NCBI GenBank assembly: GCA_965178125.1 | Contig: OZ237743.1 | Span: forward strand, 496,001-560,000 | Direction of reading: 5' to 3' | DNA length: 64,000 nt | Origin: Bilabrum cf. latius | Lineage: Eukaryota | Shown: positions 23,771 to 36,248 of the stretch, one piece after another | Numbering within the stretch: position 1 is the first letter of the stretch | Layout of the letters: each line of letters begins with the position of its first letter | Program-made: the position numbers and the translations under genes | Notes under the pieces: model-generated | What the model was told of the DNA's origin: nothing | The model's input: only the letters and a program-made list of their open reading frames with translations | Databases searched by the model: none

Positions 23771-26700
23771 TCAATCAGAGCCTCGTGCAGACGCAGCCCC
23801 GGGGCCTGCATCTCGCTGCTGCTGCCGGATCAGCTGCAGCAGGCTGGCCAAGCCCTCGAACACTCCCACCCAGTCCCGGAAGGAGAGCGGCACGCCCTCC
23901 GACCCCTCCTCTCCGTCACCAGAGAAATTAAACAGGATCCCCGCGCATGGTTGCCCATCGATCTGCCCGGGACCGTCGTTCATGCCGGCGTCGGGTGGTC
24001 TCAAGTAGAACTGCCTGCCACGAACCGGCAGCTCGGCCGCAGCCCCAGCACCGGATGACGATGATCCACCCCTCCCAAACACAGAGGAAAAGAATCCTCC
24101 GGCCTTCACAATGGGAAGCTTGTTCTCTGCCACGTCCTTTTCCTCTGATGGAAGCAGGCTCACCTCCAGGGCGCCCTCAAAGCCGCAGCGGTCCTTAGCC
24201 ACCAGCGCGGCGCCAGCTATGAACCGCATCAGGAAGCCCCCCTTGGGGCGAGCGTCGTACTCGTCCGCTTGGTACTTAAGGCTACCTCGCCCCAGCTTTA
24301 TCCACCTCTGTTTCCAGCCAGTCACGGAGGGCTCCCCCTCCCTGTTGATGCCCAGCGTATCCACCTTGTTGCTGCGCCATCGCGATCTAGTGCACTTGTA
24401 GAGGTACCCCTCCAGCCGCGTGGCCCGCTCGACGGAAGCGCCGGAGGAGGAGGCCTGTCGAATGAGCTCTTTGGCAATCTGAACGTGTCTAGACGTCGCT
24501 ACCGCGCACCCAGTGGCTGAGACAGGCGCGGCCGGTGCTGCCTCCTCCCTCGGTACATAGGCAGGAGTGTCGCCACCCTTGGAGCTCACCGAGTCGTCGG
24601 CTGCTGCGGACGATGAAGATGCAGTTCCACCGGTGCTAGCATTGCCGTGGCTTTGAACCGCCGCATCTCCCGCTGCATCGTCCCCTGAATCTGGTGGGAC
24701 TGCCCCTGCAGACGACGGCTGGCCCAGACTTGCCTATATCTTGGCCGAAGCAAATGCGCCTTCCTAGCCGGAGGCTGTCGCAGCGGCAGCAGTAGACGGA
24801 GACGGCTGGCTGAAGGGTGCTGACAGCCCGTTGGTGGAGGCATCAATGCTGCCACCCGCCTCACTCTCTGCGCCTCGCCGCTGCTCACCAGCAGCTGCCG
24901 GCGCAGGTGCCCTGCCCATGAGGATGGCGTCTAGTGCAGCCACAGGCCCCATTGCGCTCTCAATCCGAGAGAGCCTAGCTAGGAACGACTCCATTTCTTT
25001 CACTGCCGCATTTGCCTCAGACGGGCCCACAGCCCCCTCCAGTGCTGGGTTCAGGCCTCCAGTACCCTTGCGAAGCGCAGACAGGAGCACTTGGTACTCG
25101 CGGTCGCGGCGCAGTAGCTGCCTAGCGAGTCGAATGGCACTGGACTCGATGGCTTGGCACTTTTCTCTTAGTCTCCTTATCCTGTGCACTGCCTTGTTGG
25201 CGTAGAGCAGGTGGGTGTTGGCTCGTTCAGTGGTCTTCTCCAGCGAGCCTCTCGCCTCATCGTACCGGTTCCAGAGCTCCAAGACCCCGCTGACCTCCAT
25301 GCCGGATTGGAACAGCTGCTACCACTGCTTGCGGTGCCGCGGCGTATCATCACCTGGTACTGGTGACTGCCCGCCAGCAATGGACTCCGCAGCTCCACCA
25401 CCCGCGGACCCCAGTGCACCAGCTGCCACATGCGGGGACGAAGCAGCATTGTCCCTACCCTGCCCCAAGCCATGCGCCGTGTCTCGGTCAGGCAGCGCCT
25501 CAAATGCCACAGAAAAAGGGTCTGGATCGTCCTGCTGCCCTCGGAGGGAATCATCAAACGCGGCCACCCGCGGATGCTCCGACTCGGACGGAAGAGGCGC
25601 CGTGCCTGCTGCTGACGTGCTCGTGCCTCCGCCGCCCTCGATCTCCTCGGATACCCGCAGTGCCCTGCCACCCCCCACGTCCGATACCTTAGGAAACCGC
25701 ACCTCCTCCAGGGCGCGGGACCATCGGTACCTCGCCAGCGTGTTGTGCACCTGCCGCTGTACCCCGAGCTGCTGCATCTAAGGCGCCTCTCGAACGGCAC
25801 GCGTGCTCAGGACCAGCTGCAGCACGAGCGCCCTCTGCTCCGCCGCCATCCGCATCCTGGCATGGTGCGCCGTCTCCCTCCACGCTACCGCGAGGTCCTT
25901 GGAGCAGCGGCTGGCCTCCGTGCTGGCTGCCTTGGCGGCTCGGCGGGCCCCTTGCAAGGTGGCCACGGCTCGCCTCACCGCATTGGCCACCTCGGCACAG
26001 CACCGCCCCGCGAGGCCCACGTCTCCCGTGCTCACCGCCGTGAATAGCCGCCCCAGCGCAAGGTCCGCCTCCTCCACAGGGTCCTGCCCCCGGATCCCGA
26101 ACACTGACCCTGCCCTGGCGCCGTCTGTCGCCTCTGGCACCTCAGCTGGGGGCTGCTCCGGGTTGCGCGGATGCCTGGCCTCTGGATCCTGCCCTACTGT
26201 GACCGTGTCCCTCCCAGTGGCCAAACTGGCGGCTTGGATGGCAGCGCCTCGGGACACACCGCTATCGAACGCCTGGGCAACGATGTCCCACACTGCGCGA
26301 GATGCCTCCTCGCCCGCCTGTCGGTACTTTCCCACCAAGCCCAGGTCGGAGCTGAGCAGCTGGCGGAAGACGCTCTAGGGCAGCACACCCTTTGTCGGCA
26401 CGTCCACTGGCAGGCCCACGGCCGGTATCGGGCTGTCTGACCCTGCCACCCCAGGGATTGGGATCATCTCGTCCCTGTCCCCGGCCGGGCTCGGACCTTC
26501 GCCGCGGTGTGCACCGGCAATCCGACTGGCAACAGCGAGAGCAGATGTGCGCCTCTCAGCGAGCTGGGCAGGCGAGTCTCCGGGCTGGGCGGCCCCGTCG
26601 GGGACAGGCGCAGGGCTGTTCGTGGCTCCATTCCCGTCGGCTGCGCGCGCCCCAGCCCTCCGCTTGCGGGTCCTCACACCAGATGACGACTTCCAAATCT

Positions 26701-27201
26701 CGGTAGAAGCGTTGGTTGCGGCTGTAGGAGCACCGGCAGCGGTGGGTTGCCCTGTTGGGGCACCACGTCCCGCATCATCTGCAACATCAGCAGTAGCGGC
26801 AGCGGTGGCCTTTTTCAGGGCAAGGTTTCGTTTGGCGCGCGCTGCCGCCCCCGATAGCTTGGATTGAATCGCACGAGCTGCAGCATATCTGCCCAACTTG
26901 TCAGCAAGGGCGGGAACACCAGGCGGCAGGGGCGGGCTGCGGCTGTGACCGCCCGGCTCACTGTCATTCCCACTCCCTGGTTCGCTCACTTCTTGCACAC
27001 CATCCAATCCACTGATCCCCCTCAATTCCGCCTCATCCTCCTCGCCGGCAGTGTTGCGTCTGACCATGAATGACCGGCGAACACGCTTGACGACAGTGCC
27101 TCGAGTCGTCCCACTGCCTCGGGTCGATCGAGGCGGCTTGCTGCCGTCGCGCTTGCGAGCCCGGCTGCCAGACCTTTCCGCTCTGGATTGATCGCTATCA
27201 C

Positions 27202-27233
<32 letters not shown>

Positions 27234-30200
27234 CGTGTTTGGCTGCCATCCCCGGCATCGGAATCACTGCTGAAGCCAGCACTCGGGGACGCGCCCGGGG
27301 TTACCGGTCTGGAGTTGGTGTCAAAGTCCTCTGATCTGCCCGTGGATGCGGTATCAGAGCCACTCGTGTCAGATCCGGCAGAGCTTGCACCCCTGTTACG
27401 CTTCTTGTCTCGCTTGTGTGCATCCCTGCCTTGCATTCTGTGCTTGCGCCCACGGTGCCTCTTGCCAAGGTGCCCCTTCCTGTTGCTGCCAGGGGACGGA
27501 GAGGCGCGACCGCTAGACGCCACTGGTGATTGCACCCCCGCTCTGCGAACAGACTCCATGAGCGCAAATAGGTGATTCGCACCTTGTTGGTCCGTGCTGG
27601 CCTGCCGCGACAGACCAAAGGTCATCTGAGGCAGCACGGACACTCCAGCTGCTGGCGCTTGCCTGCTGGTTTGTCGTCGTTTGGACGCCTCTTTGAGCTG
27701 GGCGGCCAGTCGCATGGTATGCCTCCGGGTCTTTGCGCTCTGCTGCATGGCCTTATCAAGCTACCGCTTCATTCTTTCGATGGCAAGCTCTGACTGCTGC
27801 CTGACCGCCGCCAACGACTCGCTTGCATCCATGCGAGCCGCCTCCAGCGCCAGCCTCAGTCCCTAATTCTCGCGCTCGGCCCGGTCTGCGCGCGCCCTCA
27901 GCTCACCCTCCGTATCTAGTCGGAAGGTGAGCGTGAAAGGCCCCACAGAGGGGACGCCCTCCAGCAATGACTTGACCTGGTCAGCGGTGCGACCCATCGT
28001 GGAGCGTTCGTTGACTGCAGCGAGGCCCAAACCCGGGCGAATGCGCGCCCAGTCGGGCGTGATGTCGTGTGCGTTGTGCATTTCTGCCTGCGTGCGCTGC
28101 CTTGGGTTGAGCCTGTACAGGCTCTCTATGACCACCACACACCTGGGCTACGAGCCCGACGGACCAATCCTCTGCCGCGTCTATGTTGGGCCCTCCACGG
28201 CCACTTTAGCGCTCGCAGTTGCCGATGAGCTGTTGTCCTGTTGTTGCATCGCCATGGGTGGAGGCGCTAGCATCCTCGGGGGCTTTGATTCACTGAGGAG
28301 CTGGGCTTCAGCTGCCGCAACAGAAGCACCGAGGGTATCACTACTAGCTGCTGCTTGTGCCCCATGGTAGCCAGTGGAGCTCGCCAACCGGCTGCCACTG
28401 CCTTCCCCGTTGCTCTTGGAGGAAGAAGACGAGAAGCCTGACACATCGGTTGGCTGTAATAAACTCGCGGATGACGCGGAACGGTCCTGCACTGCCTGCT
28501 CGCGAGGAGCTGCGGTGGCCGGGGCGTCAGCTGCTTGGCTCGCCTGCCACTGTCCGCTGCCCCCTTGTTTCTTCCATGCCCGAGCCCGAGCCGCTTGCCT
28601 TCGTTTGCGCCATGCGTCGCTCTGCTGTGCCGATCCCACCGCAATGGCGACCGGTTGGCCAGCGCCAGTCGCACGCGGGGTGGGCGCAGATGGCCCCTGG
28701 CCAGTGCCATTTCCGATGACTCGCAGGCTGCTTTGAGACCTCTGTGGCGATGCCGGGGGCATTCGAGACCCGAACGTCGCATCCGACGCGAATGACGCGA
28801 ACCTGCGATCTAAGGCACCTCGCGGGGTACTCCCTGCACCGCTTGCATCGCTCGCGCCGCCGCCCAGTGCGGCAGGTCCCAAAGGTAGCGGAGCCATGCT
28901 CGCCGAAGAAACACCCCTCTGCCCCGCGGCGATGGGACTAGCAGCGGGAGAGGAGAGGTGCTTACGCGCCCCAACACCTCCCCGCCTGGCTGCTTTCTGC
29001 TGCTGGAGAGCTTGATGCGCCACGTGATCCCGGTCCGCCTCCACCTGCAGAGCCTCGGGCGAGGCATCGATGACCGATGCAACCGCCCTGTCGGCTATCA
29101 GCGGCAGCCTGCTGGCATCTGCATGCATGTCCCAGCCGTGGCCGGCCCCCGGTTCCCCAAACACGGACAGTCCGGCGGCTCCCCTCTCCATGAACTTGAT
29201 GCCGAGCGGCAGCCCCATGCTCTTGTCGAACGTCACGGTGAAGTCGGGCAGCTGGAGGGCAGAGATGGGGTACTCGTTGATGCCTTGCTCTCCCCCGGGC
29301 AGCTGATCAACAAAATCAGGGCCAGTGTGTCCTTCGGTGCTGCTGTTCCATCGCACTACGGGGCGCACGCTGGCGGTGAGGACACCGTCTGCCTGCTTGC
29401 CCCCGCTCTCATCTTTGAGCACCGACGACAGAAACGTCACGTCAGGGCGCAGCATCGGCGGATCTCGTTTCTAGAGCGGGGCAAGATCGTGCCCCTCGTG
29501 GTGGTTGCTGGCAGTGGCATCGCCCTCCCGGAGCTGGTCCAACACGCGGCTGAGCTGGCTGTGGGACAGCTCGTCGGCAAGCTTGCGATTGAGCCACCGA
29601 ACGCGTTGGCGCAGCTAGTCTCGTTCCATTGACAGTGTTGCTATCGCATTTTCTTCCTCGTGGCTCGGACGAGGTCTGTGATGCTGCCGGCCAGAGGCAC
29701 GCTTCCGGTATCTTGAACGCTTTCCACTGCGTCCAGGGCCTTTTCCGCCTCTTTTCTACCCATTCTATTTGCTTTTCTAAGTTACTGTGCTCTGCCGTTC
29801 GCCACGATCTTCCTCATCTCGATCGGCTGCACCATGAACGGCTACATCGTCTTGAAGTCCCTTGGATGATGCTTCTGAGGACCCCCCAGAAACATGCGCG
29901 GCATCCTGGCTCCCACGAGTTGAAGTGCTGCCTACCATTGCCAACTTGCCTACAATCTTTGCGGCCACACCAGCGAAGGCGGACATAGACAAGCTCTACG
30001 TAGCGGTAAGCCGCCCGGATTTGTCCGCGCCTACTTGATTGGCAGCTGGCGAGGTACTCTGCTAGCCACCTTTACCATGACTCTCGTGCACACTGGTATT
30101 CAACTATTGAGGATTCCGAGCCACCTCATGGGGCTACTTCGAGGCTAACTGGTCCAATGCAGGATCGCCTGGATTCTCGGATACGCCTGGACCTTGGACA

Positions 30201-30373
30201 GACTCATCGCTATCCACTCGGCTCTTGTCTTCTGTATCGGATGATGCATGTTTGCTCTCAAAATACCCCTCTTGAACCTAGACCGCCTTCCCTCCGGTTT
30301 CGACGCGGTGCATCGCTTCTTCCCACAGCGCCTTCTTGGCCTCCTTCTTGTCCTCAAGCCGTGACTCGCTCAT
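23771..30373 (-). CDS. ~2200 aa coiled-coil scaffold with an interrupted PDZ-like domain and C-terminal PH domain
   Basis: Eight ORF fragments in one frame, separated by TAG. Start MSESRLEDKK at 30373. PH motifs LEGYLYKC..GWKQRWIKL..LKYQ..PKGGF..DWVGVF. PDZ-like halves FTVTFDKSMGLPLGIKF and IRPGLGLAAVNERS..GPFTLTFR. Ends TGA. Confidence 0.75.
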
Positions 30374-30553
30374 CGCACCAGCAGTGCGTTCATGCCAATG
30401 GCAGCAGAACTATGATACTGGTTGCTACCGCGCTTCGTTGTACTGCCCAGGACTTGTTAATGCTTGCTGCACCCCACCGCTGCCTTTTTGCCGTCGCATC
30501 ATCACACAGTGCCCGGCCGAATATGGGAATAATTATCCATAGGTGAAGTTCGC

Positions 30554-33500
30554 TCAAACAGTACCAATGGAACAACTCAACTTCTCCAACCATACCACCG
30601 GCGGTACCCCGCTGCTCACCGTTGGGCCACTGCCCAGAGCGAGCGCCAGCCCAGCCTGCACGTCCCCCATCGGCCCCGCCTCGCTCGCAGATAGCTTGCC
30701 CGCTTCTCTCATCGCCGAAAGCTGCGCATCCTGGCCAGTACTAAATGCCGCCAGACCTCCTCCACCCCCGGCGAGCTTCCTCTGCCTCGACCCGCCAGCG
30801 GCTGCCCCCGGACCCGCACCCGCACGTCGACCGAATCGCGGCAACCCTAGCCCTGCCCCACGCCTGCCCCTGCCTTTGTCACTGCCACCTGCCGTACTTC
30901 CATCCTCCCCGCGCCCGAGCAGCGCCAGATCAGCCAGTCTGCTCTTCGCACCCTCGTCCCCAGCAGCTGCCGCTTCCTCATCCCCTCCTAACCAGCCATC
31001 AGCACCCGCGCCCGCACCCGCGCCTGCACCTTCTGCGTCCCACCCTATGCGCCTGTCACCAGCAACGTCCGCGGCGACATCCAGCCGAGGGGTGCACCGG
31101 AGAGAAAATCGCACGCTACAATGACCCAAACCTGACACGCGCGCCGAAAGCCTAGCTTCGGTTCCCCCGCCCCCCCTCCCCCCTGCGGGCTCCACCGCCA
31201 CGGCTGCAAGCCCGCTCGCGCTCCCGACCAGCTGCCCTCCATCCGCTCGCAGTGCAGCGTCGCAGGCCACGACCAGAGGCACCGTGCCGCTGACATCGGG
31301 ACTCCCCGTCATGCCAACAGTTAAGCGCCCCTTACCGCCAGTGTCTACAGCAGCCACGGCGGTGCAGGAACGCCAACGGAAGAGAGCGGGTGCACCTAGA
31401 GCCCGCGAGGGGTCGGCCGCCCCTCTATGAGCGCCCGCCATATTGGCCTCATCGGGGGCACGCAGCGCCACAGCTACCGTCGATGCTTCCTGGGCGGCTC
31501 CCTTCTCGCCAGCCATTGCGTCTGGTCGCAGCCACGATGGGGTGGGGGAGGCAAGACCCACCCCGGTGGAGCCCTTTGAGAGACCCGCGCCGCGCCGCTC
31601 GGGAGGACCGTGCACGGTTGCGGTTGCGGCCGACTCGGTGGACTCTCGCATGTAGCTGTAGCGATCATCGGCCTCCTCGTGCGATTCTTCGTCTGCATAG
31701 GTCCGAGGGTCGCGCTAGCCACTGGATGCCGCACCGCTCGACCTGTGGGTCGCATCCAGCTTAAACGTGTCGAGAAGCGCGAGCGCATTGGGAGCGCGAA
31801 TCGCAAGCGTGAGTCGACCGGACAAAGCACCTGTGGACAAGTTCTTACCTCCCGCGCTAGACTTATTGCCACTGATTTGCTGATCGGGATACAACGCCAT
31901 CACGACGGCGCGACAGCTAGTGCGCCGCAGTTCTTCTGCGTGCTTGAGGCACAGCTTCCAGAGGTCCTTGGTGGCTCGCGACAGTGGTCTAGCCAAAGCG
32001 ACACCAGGAACAGAGGCACCCGCGCCAGCACTCGATGCATCGGTGCGACCACGAGCAGAACCTGAGGCAGCACTGGCACGGTCCTGGCTCGAGGCAGGAC
32101 CTGGCCCACCAGCTGCCGCGCCTGAATGCCTCTGCCGGGCGGCACTTCGATCGGCTGGTGCTCGCTTTGATGCCACCGTGGCACGGCCCGGGATCCGAGA
32201 GTGATATTGACCGACGTAATGGCTCCTGCGCGCAGCCTGCGTGTCTCTTGTGGATGCAATGCCACCACCAGTGATCACACCCCTCTCGGTGCCTCTTCGC
32301 ATGCCCGAGTCTTGTGCGCTGCCTTTCCCCTTGGCGGTGCCGAAGCGCGCGATACGCTTACCATGAAGCTCCCTGCATTGTTCCCTCGATCCTCGGCGAG
32401 GGCGGCCCGCATCCTCAGAGCTGGCAGTCGCACCAGATCCATTACCGGCCATTCCAGCTCGCCCGGTGCCAGAGCTGCCTCGATTCGACGCTGGCTGCAC
32501 GCCACCTGCAACTGCATCTGTTGCAGGTCTTTCGGCTCTGTGGGAATGTATACTCTGTGCCTCTTGCTTGCCACCGGTAACTCGCGCGCTGAGTACCCCT
32601 GTTCGGCTCCTGCCCCTACCCCCACCCCTACCCCTGCCTCGTTCTCTCGATCCACGTGAGGGAGCACCCTGCGCAGCAGTAGTTGCCGCTGCTATGCTTG
32701 GTTGCCTGGCCGCATAGCTTCTTGTAGTGTTGGCCTGCGCTAGTCCTATATCGTCGTCCTTATGGGCACCTCCCGCACTGGCAGCAGTGGCAGAGGCAGA
32801 GGTAGTGACCGGGTGCCGTCCGTCTTGCGCCCCATCGATCGCCCTTGCCTCAGAGCCTGCTTCTGCCTCTGCACTAGCAGCAGCAGCAGCAGCAGGTCTC
32901 CTGGCCCTGCATCTGAGCACCAGTAGTCCAGCCGCAAGCTGCTTCCTGGAAGGCCTGTCCGCGTCCCGCACCCACCCCATCACGGCTCTTGTTGCCTGGA
33001 CCAGGTTGATGCTCAGCGATAGGAACGCAACTTGCCAGCCGATGAGGGTGCTGATGGCCGGGAGTGGGGCTGCTGGTGGCCACAACTTGCCTCCTCCAGC
33101 CCCACCCCTGCTTCTCCCCTTCGGTGGCACCGACAGCTGCTGGCTATGCGAGCCTCCAGGGCACCACAGGCCGACCCATGCCTCTGAGCAAGGCCCACCC
33201 TCTCCTTCAGCGCCTCTCAGTTCCAACGCCGCCAGCACCAGCCCTCCGTCCGAGCTCCAGCCCATCACTCTTACCCTATCCCATGCACTGCGGCCCCCTG
33301 GTCCCTCCCCCTGGATCCACCCGCCGGGCCTAAGCTCTCGCACCCTGTGGCTGCGGGCCATGAAACCTACGCCCCTGCGCAGCAGCTCGCCCAGAGTGAA
33401 GCCTTCGGGCAGCCGCACGGGCATGTACTGGCTGATGCCGGTGCACAGTAACGAGCTAGAGGGCAGCGGGCCCCACGCCGCGTCGTCATCGCCGCTGCTA

Positions 33501-34471
33501 GCAGATCCACTCTGCTGAACTCCCGGCACTGTCGCACCCCGACTCCGGTCCAGCCCCCCGCCAGCGGTCCTGCCAGTCCTCGCGGGTCCGATCTGCTGCC
33601 AGGCCCACGGATGGGCGGGGTTAGGGGGACCCGATGCCTTCGTTCTCGACAGCCCGTCCATGCTCGGCAGCACTGCAGTGAGCTGCAGGCAGGCGCTGGC
33701 GCTGCAGGACGCCGCCTGCACCGCGGGGTGCTGCGAGCCCAGAGCACCCGCTCGCTCTGTCAGGTGCCGGCTTAGGGCGCCAAGGCGTGCCCCACGGCGA
33801 GGCAAAGGGACAATGGAGCGCTTTAGCGGCAGCTACAACGTCCAGTGGCTTCCAGTCTCGGATGCGTCCCGGCTGCCAGCAGTGCCTGTAGAGGCTGCTG
33901 CTCGGTTCCGGTCTGGTCGGCGGCTCGGCAGAACATCTTCGAGCCGCTCGCTTCCGAACGCCGAACCGCACTTTCCAGCAGCGCTTAAAGCACCTTTGCT
34001 TGCCAGCGGTATGCGGCGGTCGTGGAGCTTTCTGCTCGCGGCGAGCTCAAGCAGCTGCGACTCGCTCAAAGCTCCCATGCAGACGCAGCATGACAGCCGC
34101 AGGCGAGCGCACATATCAGTCAATGGCTCTGCCCCTCGATTCAAACGAAATCTTGCCATCTTTTCGGCATGACTGGCGAATCGCAAACGGCGTACCCATC
34201 GAAATGCACGCACTGCCGCCTGCACTGCTGAACGCGCCGCACATGATGGCCTTGGTCCGGCAGGTGTGCCACGACTGATCAACTGTGTGAGACTGCTCAT
34301 GATAGAGTCTGGAATACTCCATCGACGAGCCAGGCCTAGCCAGACATCTTCCACACTCAACCGAGAGTAGCATTTCGTGGATGTAATTATTACATTGGTT
34401 ATTTCTGGCAGTTCCAGGAATTCTGCCACCCTATCCAGGGGAAGATGCTCAAATTTATTCGTCGCATCCAT
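30554..34471 (-). CDS. Large low-complexity protein with N-terminal F-box-like motif
   Basis: FEHLPLDRVAEFLELPEITNVIITSTKCYSRLSVEDVWLGLARRW resembles an F-box. ORFs 33833-34471, 31715-33805 and 30554-31651 are joined by 2 TAG. Ends TGA. Confidence 0.55.
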
Positions 34472-34638
34472 ATCATTACAAGCCTAGCTAAGCAGTCATT
34501 GCGGGATCAAGGTAAGAACCAAGTGCACGTACAATGCGATGCAGTCTGAAATAACACGTCACTTCGATCCGATCAAAAATCGATTTCGGTCGACCAGTGA
34601 ACCCGAATCGGGGGTATATTGAAGAATTTGTGGATAAG

Positions 34639-35473
34639 ATGGCCAAGACGGCTGCAAAGGAAGACGCAGTGAGATTTATGCACTTGTTTATAACAGAATG
34701 ACTGTAATATGTACCACGAGTATAACCTCATAAGCGAGATGGTGGTCCTTGTTACCCTCGCTTGGAACTGCAATCGGCTTGTATACAGGATTGCTTGGGT
34801 ATCAGTACCGTAGACCCGCATTCGTTCTATTCAGTATATCTGCTTGCACACGATAGGCATGATAACCTCTCGATAAGGTGCTGTAGTGCGCAATGAAGCT
34901 TCAAGATGGTCTGCAGCGATACATGCGGCAGCCTCGTTTTGCGTGTGTACTGAATAGATTGCAATACGCCCTGGCCAACTGTGTAAACCTTCTATTTCAC
35001 CAACTCGAGTGACGCAGAAGGCCGCCCCCGCCGCCGCTGCCGCCACTGAGCCCACCGGGCCCCAGCTGGGACCCGTCGTGAAGGAGGGAGAGACCGTGTT
35101 CGGTGTTGCCCACATCTTTGCTTCCATGAACGACACTTTCGTGCACGTGACTGATATCTCTGGTCGGGAGACTATCGTCCGCGTGACCGGCGGAATGAAG
35201 GTGAAGAAGGATTCCGACGAGTCGTCCCCCTACGCTGCCCAGATGGCTGCCGTGGATGTGGCTGCCCGCTGCAAGGAGGTTGGCATCACTGCCCTGCACA
35301 TCAAGGTGCGCGGATACGGTGGAAACAGGTCCCGCAGCCTCGGCCCCGGCGCCCCCTCGGCCCTCCGTGCCCTTGCCCGTTCCGGCCTGCAGATCGGCCG
35401 AGTGGAGGACGTGACCCCCATCCCCACCGATGGTACCCGCAGGCGCTCCGGCCGCCGCGGTCGCCGTCTCTGA
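34639..35473 (+). CDS. RPS14: 40S ribosomal protein uS11/S14; exons 34639-34668 and 35018-35473
   Basis: [63 protein letters not shown]. Phase-0 GT-AG intron inferred. No TAG. Ends TGA. Confidence 0.97.
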
Positions 35474-36248
35474 GCTGTTTGTCAGGGCCAAGGTAGCGCA
35501 TTGGGGTGTGTGCAACCAGCGCACGCCCCGCGGCGGCGACTGGGCGTCGTGCTCCTCCTCGCCTGTCGAGCGGGGCGCGCCTTCCCAGACGCATGGGGTT
35601 GCGGGACTGCGTGTCGGCTGCATGGCCAGCGCAGGCCCCGTCAGTGGTGGATAAATAGGATTGGGTGGATCGGGAGGGGTCAGCCGCACGTGCTGGGACG
35701 GGGCTTTGGCTGAAATGGCCAAGTCTGGTACCATCGAAAACGAGCGTGTGGTTGTCCTTGGATGGGGAGAAGTGTAGCTCGCTTGATTGAAGTTCAAACG
35801 CTGTCTCTTGTCCAAAGCCTGCTCGCTGCCCCTTTCTGCTGCAGTCCCTAGACAAGAGTGTGATGTCCTTCTGCGAACGAACCGGAACCTTCACTTCAAT
35901 CCACTTTCAGCTCAACGGCGAGAGCTGGAAGGCTTAGATAGGCCGCACAGCTGCTGGAGCAACTTACGAGCAGCATTTCAATCGGAGCTGCGATCACTGC
36001 TTGCACCGCCGCGATAAATCGGCAGCGCACACCACTGCTCGATTTGCTGCAGTCGACCGGTCGCACCTTCCGTGCAGATAGAACTCAACGTTTGTCCGTA
36101 TCCAGGGTACTCCCCAGCTGCCAATACAGTTTGGCATATTTGTCAATTCAAGTCAGCTTCGGGTCCTGCTTTCACCAGAGAACGCGCTAGGCAGATTGGC
36201 GCAGACAACTGCTAGTAGTTCGGAATACACAAGACTAGCCCACCTGCT

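Noticed and set aside
35474-36248. Possible tRNA (especially a CUA-anticodon tRNA) in this and other intergenic gaps
   Set aside because: No convincing cloverleaf or A/B boxes were recognised by eye; a tRNAscan-SE run is needed.
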